NCBI GenBank assembly: GCA_017853275.1
Contig: JAFMJV010000002.1
Coordinates: forward strand, 36,888 to 100,887
Reading direction: 5' to 3'
DNA: 64,000 nt
Source of the DNA: Chloroflexota bacterium
Lineage (GTDB): Bacteria > Chloroflexota > Limnocylindria > Limnocylindrales > CSP1-4
This document shows, in pieces, positions 9,421 through 19,008 of this stretch. Both the position numbers and the translations under genes were made by a program. The notes under the pieces are model-generated. The model saw only the letters and a list, made by a program, of their open reading frames with translations, did no database searches and was not told the DNA's origin. Numbering within the stretch: position 1 is the stretch's first letter; every line of letters begins with the position of its first letter.

Positions 9421-10424
9421 CGCCCGGGGGTCCCCTCTCCGTCCCGGTCCGTGCCCGGCGCGGCGGCCGCACGGGCCCGCGGATGCGCCGCCCGGTAGAC
9501 GCTCTCCCGCCGTCCCTGGGAGACGCTCGTGTAGATCTGCGTCTGGGCGAGGCTCTCGTGGTCGAGCAGCTCCTGGACGACGCGCAGATCCGCACCCCCT
9601 TCCAGGAGATGCGTGGCGAAGGAATGGCGCAGCGAATGGGGGCGGAAGGCATCCGGCAGGCCGGCCCGGGTGCCGAGCGCATCGAGGCGGCCGCGGATCC
9701 CGCGCACCCCGATCGGCGCCCCGTAGCGGTTGAGGAAGAGCCGGTCCCCGGCGCTCGCCCCGGCCCGCGCCGCGAGCGGAGGCCGCCCCTCGGCAAGCCA
9801 GGCGGAGAGGGCCTCGATCGCGGGGCCGCCGAGGAGCCCGATCCGCCCCTTCCGCGTCTTCGTGGTCCGGTAGCCACCCGAGGCCTCGTCCGGACGGACG
9901 GCCCGGACGCGGACCTCACCGCGGCGCAGGTCGAGATCCCCGAGCCGGAGCTCGGCGATCTCGCTCACGCGGAGGCCGGCGGCGTAGGCGAGCTCCACGA
10001 TCGCCCGATCGCGCAGCTCCACCGGATCCCCCTCGCGGGGCGAGGATCCGGCGACCCCGTCGAGCAGGGCCTCGACCTGGCCGACCTCGAGAGCGAGCGG
10101 GAGACGGACGGGGCGGCGGGGCGAGCGGATCGTCTCCCACGGGTCGCGGCGGACCCATCCCTCCCGGGCGGCGTAACGATAGAAGGAGCGTGCGGCGGCT
10201 CGCCGTGCGGCGATCGAGCGCGGAGCGAGCGGCCGGTCGGCGAGCCGGGCGAGCCAGCCGCGGAGCGCGCCCCGGCTCGGCTCATCCCAACGTTCCCCGG
10301 GCAGCGTCCCGAGGAAGCCGATCAGGTCTCCGACGGCGAGCAGGTAGGCACGTTGCGTGTGGGGAGAGCGACCCGCCGCCTCGAGAGCGACGTGCCATCG
10401 GTCGAGGGCGTCCTCGCCCGTCAC
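9417..10424 (-). CDS. xerC: Tyrosine site-specific recombinase XerC/XerD
   Basis: N-terminal core-binding region reads RSPHTQRAYLLAVGDLIGFL. The catalytic region has LRVSEIAELRLGDL, HSLRHSFATHLLEGGADLRVVQELLDHESLAQTQIYT. GTG start at 10424 overlaps the topA stop. Confidence 0.85.
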   Translation of the reverse strand: MTGEDALDRWHVALEAAGRSPHTQRAYLLAVGDLIGFLGTLPGERWDEPSRGALRGWLARLADRPLAPRSIAARRAAARSFYRYAAREGWVRRDPWETIRSPRRPVRLPLALEVGQVEALLDGVAGSSPREGDPVELRDRAIVELAYAAGLRVSEIAELRLGDLDLRRGEVRVRAVRPDEASGGYRTTKTRKGRIGLLGGPAIEALSAWLAEGRPPLAARAGASAGDRLFLNRYGAPIGVRGIRGRLDALGTRAGLPDAFRPHSLRHSFATHLLEGGADLRVVQELLDHESLAQTQIYTSVSQGRRESVYRAAHPRARAAAAPGTDRDGEGTPGR

Positions 10425-12904
10425 CGGGACCGGCGGGCTCCTGTCCGCCCGCCACTCCCCGCGGCCCGGCGACCACCCGTGCCGGCACGGCCGGCGGCCG
10501 CGGCCGGACGGCGCCCACGCCCGGAGCCCCCGGAGCGTCCGGCCGCTGCCGGCTCCGGTGCCCCGCCGTCGAGGAGCGCCCCCTCCGCTGCATCCGGGGC
10601 GGGCACGACCGGAGCACCGCACTTCAGGCAGCGCCACGTCTCGGGAAGCTCCACGAGCGGTCCGCCGCACGACTCGACCGAGGGGTCGTCGATCCGGCCG
10701 CCGTGGCGCTGCGAGAGCGGCCGGTGGCTCGTGGTCACCCGGCAGCTCGGGTAGCCCGAGCAGCCCCAGAAGACCGAGCCGTCCCGCCGCGCGCGGCGTG
10801 CCACGAGATGCCCCTTCCCGCAGCCGGGGCAGGTGACCTCGTAGGGCAGCTGCTCCGGCGGAGGCGGGCCGGAACGGTGGATGTAGCGGCAGTCCGGGTA
10901 GCGCGAGCAGCCCGCGAACGCGCCGAAGCGCCCCCGCTTGGGGACGAGGCTCCCCTCCCCGCACTCGGGGCACGGGAGACCGGCGCCCTCGACGGGGCCG
11001 AGATCCTCCTCCTCGCCGGGGAGCGGGCGGTTCTCCGTGTGCTCCGGGTAGAGCGAGCAGGAGAGGAAGCGCCCGTTGCGGCCGAGCCGGATGACCATCG
11101 GGTGGCCGAGCGAGCAGAGCTCGTCCGTGGCCTCCGTGGTGAAGTCGGCTCGCTTCAGCTCCTTGCGCTTGATCGCGACGAGATCGCGCAGCGGGTCATA
11201 GAAGGCACGCAGGAGCGGGACCCAGTCACGCTCGCCGCGCGCGACCTCATCCAGGCGTTCCTCCATCCGCGCGGTGAACTCGGGGTCCACGAACTCCGCG
11301 AAGTGGCCGACGAGGAGGTCGGTGACGATCTCGCCGACCGGAGCAGGACGGAGGACCTTCTCCTCCACCACGACGTAGCCGCGATCGAGGATCGTGCCGA
11401 TCGTGGCCGCGTAGGTCGAGGGGCGGCCGATCCCGTGCTCCTCCAGCGCCTTGATCAGGGACGCCTCGGAGTAGCGCCCGGGAGGCTGCGTGAAGTGGCG
11501 ATCCGGCACGACGTCCAGGGCGGATGCGCCGTCCCCGTCCGCGAGCTCCGGGAGGCGGCCCTCCGGCGCCTCCTCCTCGTCCCCTTCCTCGCGGCTCGCG
11601 GTATAGACACGGGTGAAGCCATCGAAGAGCGTCCGCGACGCGGATGCCCGGAGCGTGTAGCGCCCGCCGGTCAGCTCCACCGTCCGCGTCTCGATCCGCT
11701 TCTCGGCCATCTGGGAGGCGATCGCGCGCTGCCAGATGAGGCGGTAGAGCTTCAGCTCCTCGGGCTTCAGCCAGCGGGCGAGGGAATCGGGGTCCCGCTC
11801 GAAGCTCGTGGGACGGATCGCCTCGTGGGCCTCCTGGGCTCCCTTCGTCTTCGTCCGGAAGGGCCGCCCCTTGGGCATCGTGTACGCCTCGCCGAAGCGC
11901 GCCCGGATGACATCCCGGGCCTCGCCCATCGCGACGCCGGCCATCGAGACGGAGTCGGTCCGCATGTACGTCGTGAGGCCGACCGGCTCGCCGTCGATCT
12001 CGATCCCCTCGTAGAGCCGCTGGGCGATCGTCATCGTGCGCTTGGGGTTGAAGCCGAGCTTGCGGCTCGCCTCCTGCTGGAGGGTGCTCGTGGTGAAGGG
12101 GGCACGCGGACGTGCGCCCTTCTCCGTGGTGGTGACACCGGAGACGATGAAGGCGGTCGCGAGGATCGCCGCCCGGTGCTCCTCGGCCTCCTCGGCCGAT
12201 CCGATCGTGATCGCGTTGCGCGATGCCTCGCCGCCCCGGTCGAGGGGGCGGCCATCCACGCGCGCCAGCTCCGCGCGGAAGGGGTCATGGGTCCCCGACC
12301 GCAGCTCGATCGCGAAGGTCCAGTACTCGCGGGGGATGAAGGCCGCGATCTCCCGCTCGCGCTCCACGACGAGCCGGACCGCGACCGACTGGACGCGGCC
12401 GGCCGAGAGACCGCTCCGCACCTTGCGCGAGATGAGCGGGCTCAGCGTGTAGCCCACGAGCCGATCGACGATCCGGCGCGCCTGCTGGGCATCCACGAGG
12501 TGCATGTCGATCGAGCGCGGCTGGGCGAACGCCGAGCGGATCGCGCCTTCCGTGATCTCCGAGAAGGTGACGCGGCGTGCCTTGGCAGGCGGGATCTCCG
12601 CCGCCTCCATCACGTGCCACGCGATCGCCTCTCCCTCCCGGTCGAGGTCCGTCGCGAGGTAGACGGTGGTCGCCTTGCCGGCCTCGCGCTCGATCGCGTC
12701 CACCTGCTTGCGGCGATCCTCCGCCACGACGTATTCCGGGGCGAAGTCGTGGTCCACGTCCACGCCCAGCTTGTTCTTGCCCGGGTTCTCCGGCAGGTCC
12801 CGGACGTGCCCATAGGAGGCCAGGACCTTGTAGTCCGGACCGAGGTAGCGCTCGATCGTCCGAGCCTTTGCCGGGGATTCCACGATCACCAGGTTCTTCG
12901 TCAT
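10421..12904 (-). CDS. topA: DNA topoisomerase I with two C4 zinc ribbons and an Arg/Gly-rich C-terminal tail
   Basis: TOPRIM motifs are MTKNLVIVESPAKARTIERYLG and TDLDREGEAIAWH. Zinc ribbons CPECGEGS...CSRYPDC and CPGCGKGH...CSGYPSC follow. The tail reads [41 protein letters not shown]. An alternative GTG start lies at 12922. Confidence 0.93.
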   Translation of the reverse strand: MTKNLVIVESPAKARTIERYLGPDYKVLASYGHVRDLPENPGKNKLGVDVDHDFAPEYVVAEDRRKQVDAIEREAGKATTVYLATDLDREGEAIAWHVMEAAEIPPAKARRVTFSEITEGAIRSAFAQPRSIDMHLVDAQQARRIVDRLVGYTLSPLISRKVRSGLSAGRVQSVAVRLVVEREREIAAFIPREYWTFAIELRSGTHDPFRAELARVDGRPLDRGGEASRNAITIGSAEEAEEHRAAILATAFIVSGVTTTEKGARPRAPFTTSTLQQEASRKLGFNPKRTMTIAQRLYEGIEIDGEPVGLTTYMRTDSVSMAGVAMGEARDVIRARFGEAYTMPKGRPFRTKTKGAQEAHEAIRPTSFERDPDSLARWLKPEELKLYRLIWQRAIASQMAEKRIETRTVELTGGRYTLRASASRTLFDGFTRVYTASREEGDEEEAPEGRLPELADGDGASALDVVPDRHFTQPPGRYSEASLIKALEEHGIGRPSTYAATIGTILDRGYVVVEEKVLRPAPVGEIVTDLLVGHFAEFVDPEFTARMEERLDEVARGERDWVPLLRAFYDPLRDLVAIKRKELKRADFTTEATDELCSLGHPMVIRLGRNGRFLSCSLYPEHTENRPLPGEEEDLGPVEGAGLPCPECGEGSLVPKRGRFGAFAGCSRYPDCRYIHRSGPPPPEQLPYEVTCPGCGKGHLVARRARRDGSVFWGCSGYPSCRVTTSHRPLSQRHGGRIDDPSVESCGGPLVELPETWRCLKCGAPVVPAPDAAEGALLDGGAPEPAAAGRSGGSGRGRRPAAAAGRAGTGGRRAAGSGGRTGARRSR

Positions 12905-12970
12905 CGCGGCCGAGGATAGCACGCGACCTCGGCCGCTCCGCCACCCCCTCCCCGGACCGGCACCCGCCGG

Positions 12971-13285
12971 CTAGAGCTCGCGCACCCTCCGAAGCAGGGC
13001 ATCCGCATGCGCGTCGAGCGGCTCACCGGGGGTCGCGGAAGCCTCCGCCTCCGGGGCTCCGGCCACCCCGCCACCGAGCGCGTCCGGCGGCAGCTCGATG
13101 AAGCGGATCGCGCTGAGCGGGTAGATGAACCACGATTCGACGCGGTCGATGAAGCCCGGCTTCCGCCCGTCCACGAAGCGCACGTTCGTGACGACGACGA
13201 AGGCATCCCCCGCCGCGGGGAGCTCGCGCAGGTCGCACAGGAGCGGCTGCTCGCCGGAGAAGTGGAGGACGGCATCACGGATCAC
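12971..13285 (-). CDS. Small hypothetical protein (about 104 aa) between topA and dprA
   Basis: Very high GC3 in this frame. A GTG start at 13285 overlaps the dprA 3' end by about 11 nt. Product reads VIRDAVLHFSGEQPLLCDLRELPAAGDAFVVVTNVRFVDGRKPGFIDRVESWFIYPLSAIRF. I recognise no family. Confidence 0.4.
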   Translation of the reverse strand: MIRDAVLHFSGEQPLLCDLRELPAAGDAFVVVTNVRFVDGRKPGFIDRVESWFIYPLSAIRFIELPPDALGGGVAGAPEAEASATPGEPLDAHADALLRRVREL

Positions 13286-14450
13286 CCCGTGACGATACCG
13301 CGCGGCGGTGCGCCCCGTCCGGGTCGAACCCGGCGTCGAGCAACGCGCCCGCGGCGACCCAGAGCGGGCCGACGGGGCGGGCAAGGCCGCGCGCCTGGAG
13401 GAGGACGAGCGCGCCCGCGACCTCGCCCGCCGGACGGCGCGTGGCGGCGATGATCCGGTCCATGCCCGCCGGTCCGGGCTTCAGGGCCGCGGCGATGGAC
13501 GACTCCACGGGACCGAGCTGCGGATCGATCGCGGTGGCCGCCGCGGCGCGTCCGGCCCGGCGGACCGATCCGATCCAGCGGACCACCTCCTCCGGCTCCC
13601 CGAGCGGAAGCGCCGGCGATCCGGCGAGGAGCGCCGCACCCCCCGCGCCATGGCGGCCCGCGGCAGGCTCCACGGCCACGAGGACCGGACGACCCTGCTC
13701 CAGCGCATGGCGCGCCGTGATCAGGGCACCGCTCCCCTCCGGCGCCTCCACCACGACCGTCACCCGGGCGACCGCCGCGATCAACCGGTTCCGGCGAGGG
13801 AAGGTGCCGAGCGTCGCCGGAACGCCCGGCGCGAGCTCACCCGCGACCGCCCCGCCCCCGGCGATCATCGCGGCCGCGAGCGGCCCATTCGCCCGCGGCC
13901 ACCCATCCGGGAACCCCCCACCGATGAAGGCGGTCGTCCGGCCACCCGCCTCGATCGCCGTGCGATGGGCCTCCGCATCGATCCCCAGCGCGAGCCCCGA
14001 GACGACGCAGGCCCCATGGTGGACCACGGCGCGGGCGATGCGCGCAGCGAGCCAGCGTGCGCGCGGCGTGGGCCGGCGGGTCCCCACGATCGCCACGCCG
14101 GCCGTACCGAGCGCAGCGGGGTCCCCCAGGCCGTAGAGCACCGGGGGCGGATCGGCGATCGCGAAGAGCGCCGAGGGGTAGATCCGCTCGAGCGGGGTGA
14201 TCGCCCATCCGCCCTGCGCCTCCACGGCATGGAGCGGTGCCCCGGGGTCGCGCGTGGCTTCCCGGAGGCCGTCCCGAAGCCGAGCGACCCCCGCGGGACC
14301 CACGACGGCGGAGAGCCGCGCCGGGTCCGCTGGTCCTGCCCTGAGCACGGCCGTCGCCGACCCGAATGCCGCGACAAGACGGGCGTGCGTCGCGGGCCCG
14401 ACCCCGGGGACCGCCGCAAGGGCGATCCACGCCGCGCGCTCGGCGCTCAC
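13275..14450 (-). CDS. dprA: DNA processing protein DprA (Smf)
   Basis: The SAM-like N-terminus reads ERAAWIALAAVPGVGPATHARLV. The Rossmann domain has GVAIVGTRRPTPRARWLAARIARAVVHHGACVVSGLALGIDAEAHRTAIEAGGRTTAFIGGG. GTG start at 14450 overlaps the comM stop (GTGA). Confidence 0.85.
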   Translation of the reverse strand: MSAERAAWIALAAVPGVGPATHARLVAAFGSATAVLRAGPADPARLSAVVGPAGVARLRDGLREATRDPGAPLHAVEAQGGWAITPLERIYPSALFAIADPPPVLYGLGDPAALGTAGVAIVGTRRPTPRARWLAARIARAVVHHGACVVSGLALGIDAEAHRTAIEAGGRTTAFIGGGFPDGWPRANGPLAAAMIAGGGAVAGELAPGVPATLGTFPRRNRLIAAVARVTVVVEAPEGSGALITARHALEQGRPVLVAVEPAAGRHGAGGAALLAGSPALPLGEPEEVVRWIGSVRRAGRAAAATAIDPQLGPVESSIAAALKPGPAGMDRIIAATRRPAGEVAGALVLLQARGLARPVGPLWVAAGALLDAGFDPDGAHRRAVSSRGDP

Positions 14451-16000
14451 CCCGTGCCACCCGGGAAGGGATCCGAGCGGAGGGCGATCGCCTCCAGCAC
14501 CTCCGCCTCCCCGATCCGCTCGCGCCCGGCGAGGTCCGCGATCGTCCGGGCGACCCGGAGCAGGCGGACGACGCCGCGCGAGGTGGCGGGCTCCTGCCGG
14601 CTGCCCTCGATCCGACCCGCGATCCAGCCGGCGAGATCGGCGGCCTCGGCGATCAGGCCCGCCCCTGCCGCACGTGCGTTGGGAAGACCGCCGTTCCGGT
14701 CGCGCGCCCACGCCCGCGCCCGGGCGATCCGGACCGCCACGGGTGCGCTCGCCTCCGCGCCCCGGGGAACGAGGACCCGGTCGGCCGGGACACGCTCGAG
14801 GCGGACTCGCAGGTCGATCCGGTCGAGGAGCGGCCCGCTCACCCGCCGCCGGTAGCGCTCGGGTCCTCCCGCCGGGCAGCGGCATGGACGCTCCGGGTCC
14901 CCCTCCCACCCGCACAGACAGGGATTCATCGCGGCCACGAGCTGGAGACGGGCCGGGAAGCGGGTGACGCCATGGGCGCGCGCGACCTCCACCGTCCCGT
15001 CCTCCAGGGGCTGACGGAGCGCATCCAGGACGTCGCGCGGGAACTCCGCCAGCTCGTCCAGGAAGAGGACCCCTGCGTGCGCCAGTGAGACGAGCCCGGG
15101 CCGGAGCGACGGGCCGCCACCGATGAGCGCGGCATAGCTGGTCGTGTGGTGCGGCGCGCGGAAGGGGGCGCGGTTGGGGGCGGCAGGAAGGCCGGCCGCG
15201 CTGCGCACGAGCGCGACCTCGCGGGCCTCGTCCGCCGTGAGTGGCGGCAGCAGAGCGGGGATCGTCCGGGCGAGGAGCGTCTTTCCTGCGCCGGGCGACC
15301 CGGTGAGAAGCAGGTGGTGACCTCCGGCGAGCGCGATCTCGAGCGCACGCCGCCCGGCGGCCTGCCCTGCGACCTCCGCGAGATCCGCGGGCTCCGGCCC
15401 ACCGGGCTCCGCTCCGGACGGAGCCGGCGACAGCCGGGGCGGCTCCAGGGGACCGGTCCGCCCGGGGGACGCCGTACGCCCGGCTCCCGCCCGGCGCACC
15501 GGCCGGAGGTAGCCGACAGCCTCCGCGAGGTCGACCGCGGGGAGGACCTCCGCGCCTTCCACCCAGGCCGCGGTCCCGGCATCCTCGGCGGGGACGACGA
15601 CCCGCCGGTACCCCGCAGCGACGAGGGTGGCCACGAGCGGGAGGAGCCCGGGCACGGGCAGGAGCCGCCCTCCGAGCGAGAGCTCCCCGAGGAGCGCCGC
15701 CGGGCGCGCGATCCGGACCTGCCCCGACGCCGCGAGGATCCCGGCCGCGATCGCGAGGTCGTATGCGGAACCTCGCTTCCTTCGTTCCGCGGGGGCGAGG
15801 TTGACCGTGATCCGCGCGAGCGGATAGCTGAAGCCCGCGTTCCGGAGGGCGCTCCGGACGCGCTCCCGTGCCTCCGTCAGGGCGCTGTCCGGCAAGCCGA
15901 CGATGCGGCAGACGGGGAGCCCCGGGGCGACATCCACCTCGACCTGGACGAGCGTCCCCTCGATCCCCGAGGTGACCGCCGTGACCACGCTGGCAAGCAT
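14447..16000 (-). CDS. comM: Mg-chelatase-like AAA+ ATPase YifB/ComM
   Basis: N-terminal Lon-like domain reads MLASVVTAVTSGIEGTLVQVEVDVAPGLP. Walker A is LLLTGSPGAGKTLLAR. Further motifs are AGVLFLDELAEF and the C-terminal AAMNPCLCGWEGDPERPCRC. Confidence 0.85.
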   Translation of the reverse strand: MLASVVTAVTSGIEGTLVQVEVDVAPGLPVCRIVGLPDSALTEARERVRSALRNAGFSYPLARITVNLAPAERRKRGSAYDLAIAAGILAASGQVRIARPAALLGELSLGGRLLPVPGLLPLVATLVAAGYRRVVVPAEDAGTAAWVEGAEVLPAVDLAEAVGYLRPVRRAGAGRTASPGRTGPLEPPRLSPAPSGAEPGGPEPADLAEVAGQAAGRRALEIALAGGHHLLLTGSPGAGKTLLARTIPALLPPLTADEAREVALVRSAAGLPAAPNRAPFRAPHHTTSYAALIGGGPSLRPGLVSLAHAGVLFLDELAEFPRDVLDALRQPLEDGTVEVARAHGVTRFPARLQLVAAMNPCLCGWEGDPERPCRCPAGGPERYRRRVSGPLLDRIDLRVRLERVPADRVLVPRGAEASAPVAVRIARARAWARDRNGGLPNARAAGAGLIAEAADLAGWIAGRIEGSRQEPATSRGVVRLLRVARTIADLAGRERIGEAEVLEAIALRSDPFPGGTG

Positions 16001-16059
16001 GCCCGCCAGAGTGACGGGCCCGGCTTCACCGCCGCTTCACCCCGCGGACGGGATCGTGG

Positions 16060-16965
16060 TCAACCCTGCGGCGCGCGGCTCCCCGCCTCGCGGATCCCAC
16101 GATCCACGTAGGAGGCGACCCCGCGCGCGAGGTCGGCGAGCTCGAGGGGCAGGACGAACTTCGTGGACGGGCTCGCGCCAAGGGCCTTCAGCGCCTCGAG
16201 GTACTGGAGCGTCATCGTCCGGTCGTCCACCGTGTGCGCGGCGGAGAAGATCTGCTGGAGCGCCTCGCTGAAGCCCTCCGCCTCGAGGATCGCCGACTGG
16301 CGCTTCCCTTCCGCGCGCAGGATCGCCGCCTGCTTCTCGCCCTCGGCGACGTTGATGTTCGACTGCCGGGCGCCCTCCGACTCGGTGATCACGGCACGCC
16401 GGTTGCGCTCCGCGGAGAGCATCCGGTTCATCGCGTCCTGGACGTCGCGCGGCGGGACGATCTCGCGGATCTCCACGGTCGTCACCTTGCCGCCCCAGCG
16501 CTCCGTCTGCTCGTCCAGCTTCGTGCGCAGGACATCGTTGATCTGGTCGCGCTTGGAGAGGACGTCGTCCAGGGTGAGGTCGCCGATCACCGCGCGCAGG
16601 GTCGTCGTCGAGATGCCCTGGAGCGCGCCCGCGAAGAAGGCGACGTTCACGATCGAGCGGAGCGGGTCCACGATCCGCCAGTAGATGAGGAAGTCGATGT
16701 TGATCGGCGCGTTGTCACGGGTGATCGTGGTCTGCGACGGGACCTCGATGAACTGCTCCCGCAGGTCCACCTTCACCGGCCGATCGATGATCGGGATGAG
16801 CAGCCGCAGCCCGGGCCCGAGGACCCGGTTCGGGCCGGTCCGCCCGAGCCGGAAGACGACGAGCCGGTCGTACTCGTTCACGACCCGGACGCCGAGGATG
16901 GCGAGGACGATGACGAAGATGACGATCGGGACGAGCGCGATCGCCGCGAGATCCAGCGCATCCAT
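16060..16965 (-). CDS. SPFH/band-7 (stomatin/prohibitin-like) membrane protein
   Basis: N-terminal TM, then VVNEYDRLVVFRLGR...NINVAEGEKQAAILRAEGKRQSAILEAEG. Start overlaps the NfeD stop. Confidence 0.85.
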   Translation of the reverse strand: MDALDLAAIALVPIVIFVIVLAILGVRVVNEYDRLVVFRLGRTGPNRVLGPGLRLLIPIIDRPVKVDLREQFIEVPSQTTITRDNAPINIDFLIYWRIVDPLRSIVNVAFFAGALQGISTTTLRAVIGDLTLDDVLSKRDQINDVLRTKLDEQTERWGGKVTTVEIREIVPPRDVQDAMNRMLSAERNRRAVITESEGARQSNINVAEGEKQAAILRAEGKRQSAILEAEGFSEALQQIFSAAHTVDDRTMTLQYLEALKALGASPSTKFVLPLELADLARGVASYVDRGIREAGSRAPQG

Positions 16966-18353
16966 CAGGGAACCTCCTTCGGTCCGCCGGATGACCCCCC
17001 GGCATCGGTCTCCATCGTCGCACCCTCCGGCGCAACGAGCATGACCAGGCCATCCTGGCCCACGATCCTGATCCTGCCGCCCGCCGCCAGCGGCCGGCCG
17101 TCGGCGCTCCGTGCGGTCCAGCTCTCCCCCTGCGCCTGGATCGTCCCCTCGGGCGCGAGCGCGGTGCGGACCTCGCCGATCGTCCCCACCGCGAGGATCG
17201 GCCCGCCGGCCTCCGAGACCCCGAGGTTGACGTTCGGCATCCCGCGCGTCCGGGCCACGACGATGGCGATCCCCGCCGCGATGACCGCGAGGCCCACGCT
17301 CGTCGCCGCGATCACCGGCCAGGCGATCTCCACGGCAGGGACGAGGGGACCCGAGGGGCGGGAGTAGAAGGCCGCAGCACCCAGGACGAGGGCGATGATC
17401 CCCCCGATCGTCAGCAGCCCCGCGCTCGCCACGGTGATCTCGAGGACGAAGAGGACGACGGCGAGGACCACGAGGAGGATCCCGACGATATCGATCGGGA
17501 GGCTGCCGAACCCGACGATGGCGAGGAGGATGGCGAGCGCCCCGAGCGTCCCGGTCACGAGGTTCGGGCTCTGGAGCTCGAGGAGGACGCCGAAGAGCCC
17601 GATCGCGAAGAGGAGGAAGGCGAGGTTCGGGTCGGCGAGGAGATGGAGGATCCCCCGGAAGGGATCGAGCCCCGCCTCCTCGACCTCGGCGCCGGCCAGG
17701 TCGAGCCGGACCTCGCCCGCGGCGGTCATCACCGTCCGGCCATCCGCCCGGGCGAGAAGGTCCTCGATCGACGCGGCCGAGAGGTCCACGACCCCCGCCG
17801 CGATCGCCTCCGGGGCGGCGTCCGCCCGTGCCTCGTCGACGATCGCCTCCGCCCAGCCCGGATCACGGCCGCGCGCCTCCGCGATGGAGCGCGCCCACGC
17901 GACGGTCTCGCTCCGGACCTTCGCGCCGAGGTCCCCGCCGATCGTCTCGCCTCCCGGGCCGACCGGCGTGGCCGCACCGATCGTCGTGCCGGGGGCCATC
18001 CCCGTCACGTGCGCGGCAAGGACGATGAAGCTCCCCGCGCTCGTGGCGCGCGCTCCGGCCGGGCCGACCCAGGCAAGGATGGGGAGCGAGCTCTCGAGCT
18101 CCGCCCCCACGATCCGGCGCGTCGCCTCGAGCGAGCCCCCGGGCGTGTCCACGCGGAGGACGACGGCGTCGATCCCGTCCCGCTCCGCCGCGGCGATCGC
18201 CTCGGCGAGCCAGGCGGAGAGCGGCTCGTCCACGACGCCGGTGACGGGCAGGACGCGGACCCGCGGCTCGGCGGCCCGGGCCACCGGCGCGACGATGAGC
18301 AGGGCGAGGGCGAGGAGCCCAAGGAGGGCGGGCAGTCGGCGCAGCATCAGCAT
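16965..18353 (-). CDS. NfeD-like membrane-bound ClpP-class serine protease, partner of the SPFH protein
   Basis: Signal/TM reads MLMLRRLPALLGLLALALL. Protease domain has VVLRVDTPGGSLEATRRIV and GSFIVLAAHVTGMAPGTTIGAATPV. A C-terminal multi-TM region and OB-like domain follow. Start at M43 of ORF 16965..18479. Confidence 0.75.
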   Translation of the reverse strand: MLMLRRLPALLGLLALALLIVAPVARAAEPRVRVLPVTGVVDEPLSAWLAEAIAAAERDGIDAVVLRVDTPGGSLEATRRIVGAELESSLPILAWVGPAGARATSAGSFIVLAAHVTGMAPGTTIGAATPVGPGGETIGGDLGAKVRSETVAWARSIAEARGRDPGWAEAIVDEARADAAPEAIAAGVVDLSAASIEDLLARADGRTVMTAAGEVRLDLAGAEVEEAGLDPFRGILHLLADPNLAFLLFAIGLFGVLLELQSPNLVTGTLGALAILLAIVGFGSLPIDIVGILLVVLAVVLFVLEITVASAGLLTIGGIIALVLGAAAFYSRPSGPLVPAVEIAWPVIAATSVGLAVIAAGIAIVVARTRGMPNVNLGVSEAGGPILAVGTIGEVRTALAPEGTIQAQGESWTARSADGRPLAAGGRIRIVGQDGLVMLVAPEGATMETDAGGSSGGPKEVP

Positions 18354-18390
18354 TCCACCGCCTCGATCATCCCACCGCACGCAAGGGCCC

Positions 18391-18987
18391 TTAGGCCCGG
18401 ATGCCGGGACGTCGCTCGAAGAGGAAGTCGTAGAGGAGGCTCGACCAGGTCTCCAGGCGGTCGTAGACGCGCAGGACATCCCGCGGCGCCACGAAGGATC
18501 CGCTCAGCTTCTCCGTCTCCCGGATCGCGACCGGCCGTCCCGCGGCCTCCACCGCGTAGACGAGGCCAAGGTGGACCTGGCCCACCGCGTCCGTGTCGTC
18601 ATTGAGGAGACCGATCAGGCGCGGCTCGGGGTCCCAGGGCGCATCGAGCTCCTCGGCCCACTCGCGCCCGATCGCCCCCGCGACCCCCGCGTCGCCCGGG
18701 TTGACGTGGCCGCCCACGCCGATCGTCCAGCGCTCGTGGAGCCGTGCATCCGCGCCCGCCCGGGTGCGGCGCATGAGGAGGAGGGCGCCCCGGTCCCGGA
18801 CGACGAGATACGGGATCAGCTGCTTCCAGCCGGGATCCGCCTCCGCCTCCGCGCGGGGACGCCAGCTCGCCTCGCGCTCCATCCGCGCGATGCGCGCCTC
18901 CAGGTCCCCGTAAAGGACCCCCCGCCAGGGCCGGTCACCGACCGCGCGGGCGCGCGGCAGCCCGAGGACGAGCTCATCCGTGCCCAT
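18391..18987 (-). CDS. NUDIX hydrolase
   Basis: Nudix-box-like GHVNPGDAGVAGAIGREWAEELD. 198 aa. Confidence 0.65.
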   Translation of the reverse strand: MGTDELVLGLPRARAVGDRPWRGVLYGDLEARIARMEREASWRPRAEAEADPGWKQLIPYLVVRDRGALLLMRRTRAGADARLHERWTIGVGGHVNPGDAGVAGAIGREWAEELDAPWDPEPRLIGLLNDDTDAVGQVHLGLVYAVEAAGRPVAIRETEKLSGSFVAPRDVLRVYDRLETWSSLLYDFLFERRPGIRA

Positions 18988-19008
18988 CCCCGGGCTCCCT
19001 GACCGGTG

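Noticed and set aside
9417-10424. xerC as marker of an integrated mobile element or prophage
   Set aside because: It sits in conserved dprA-topA-xerC housekeeping synteny. There is no adjacent tRNA, direct repeats, phage or transposase genes, or GC shift. It is the chromosomal dimer-resolution recombinase.
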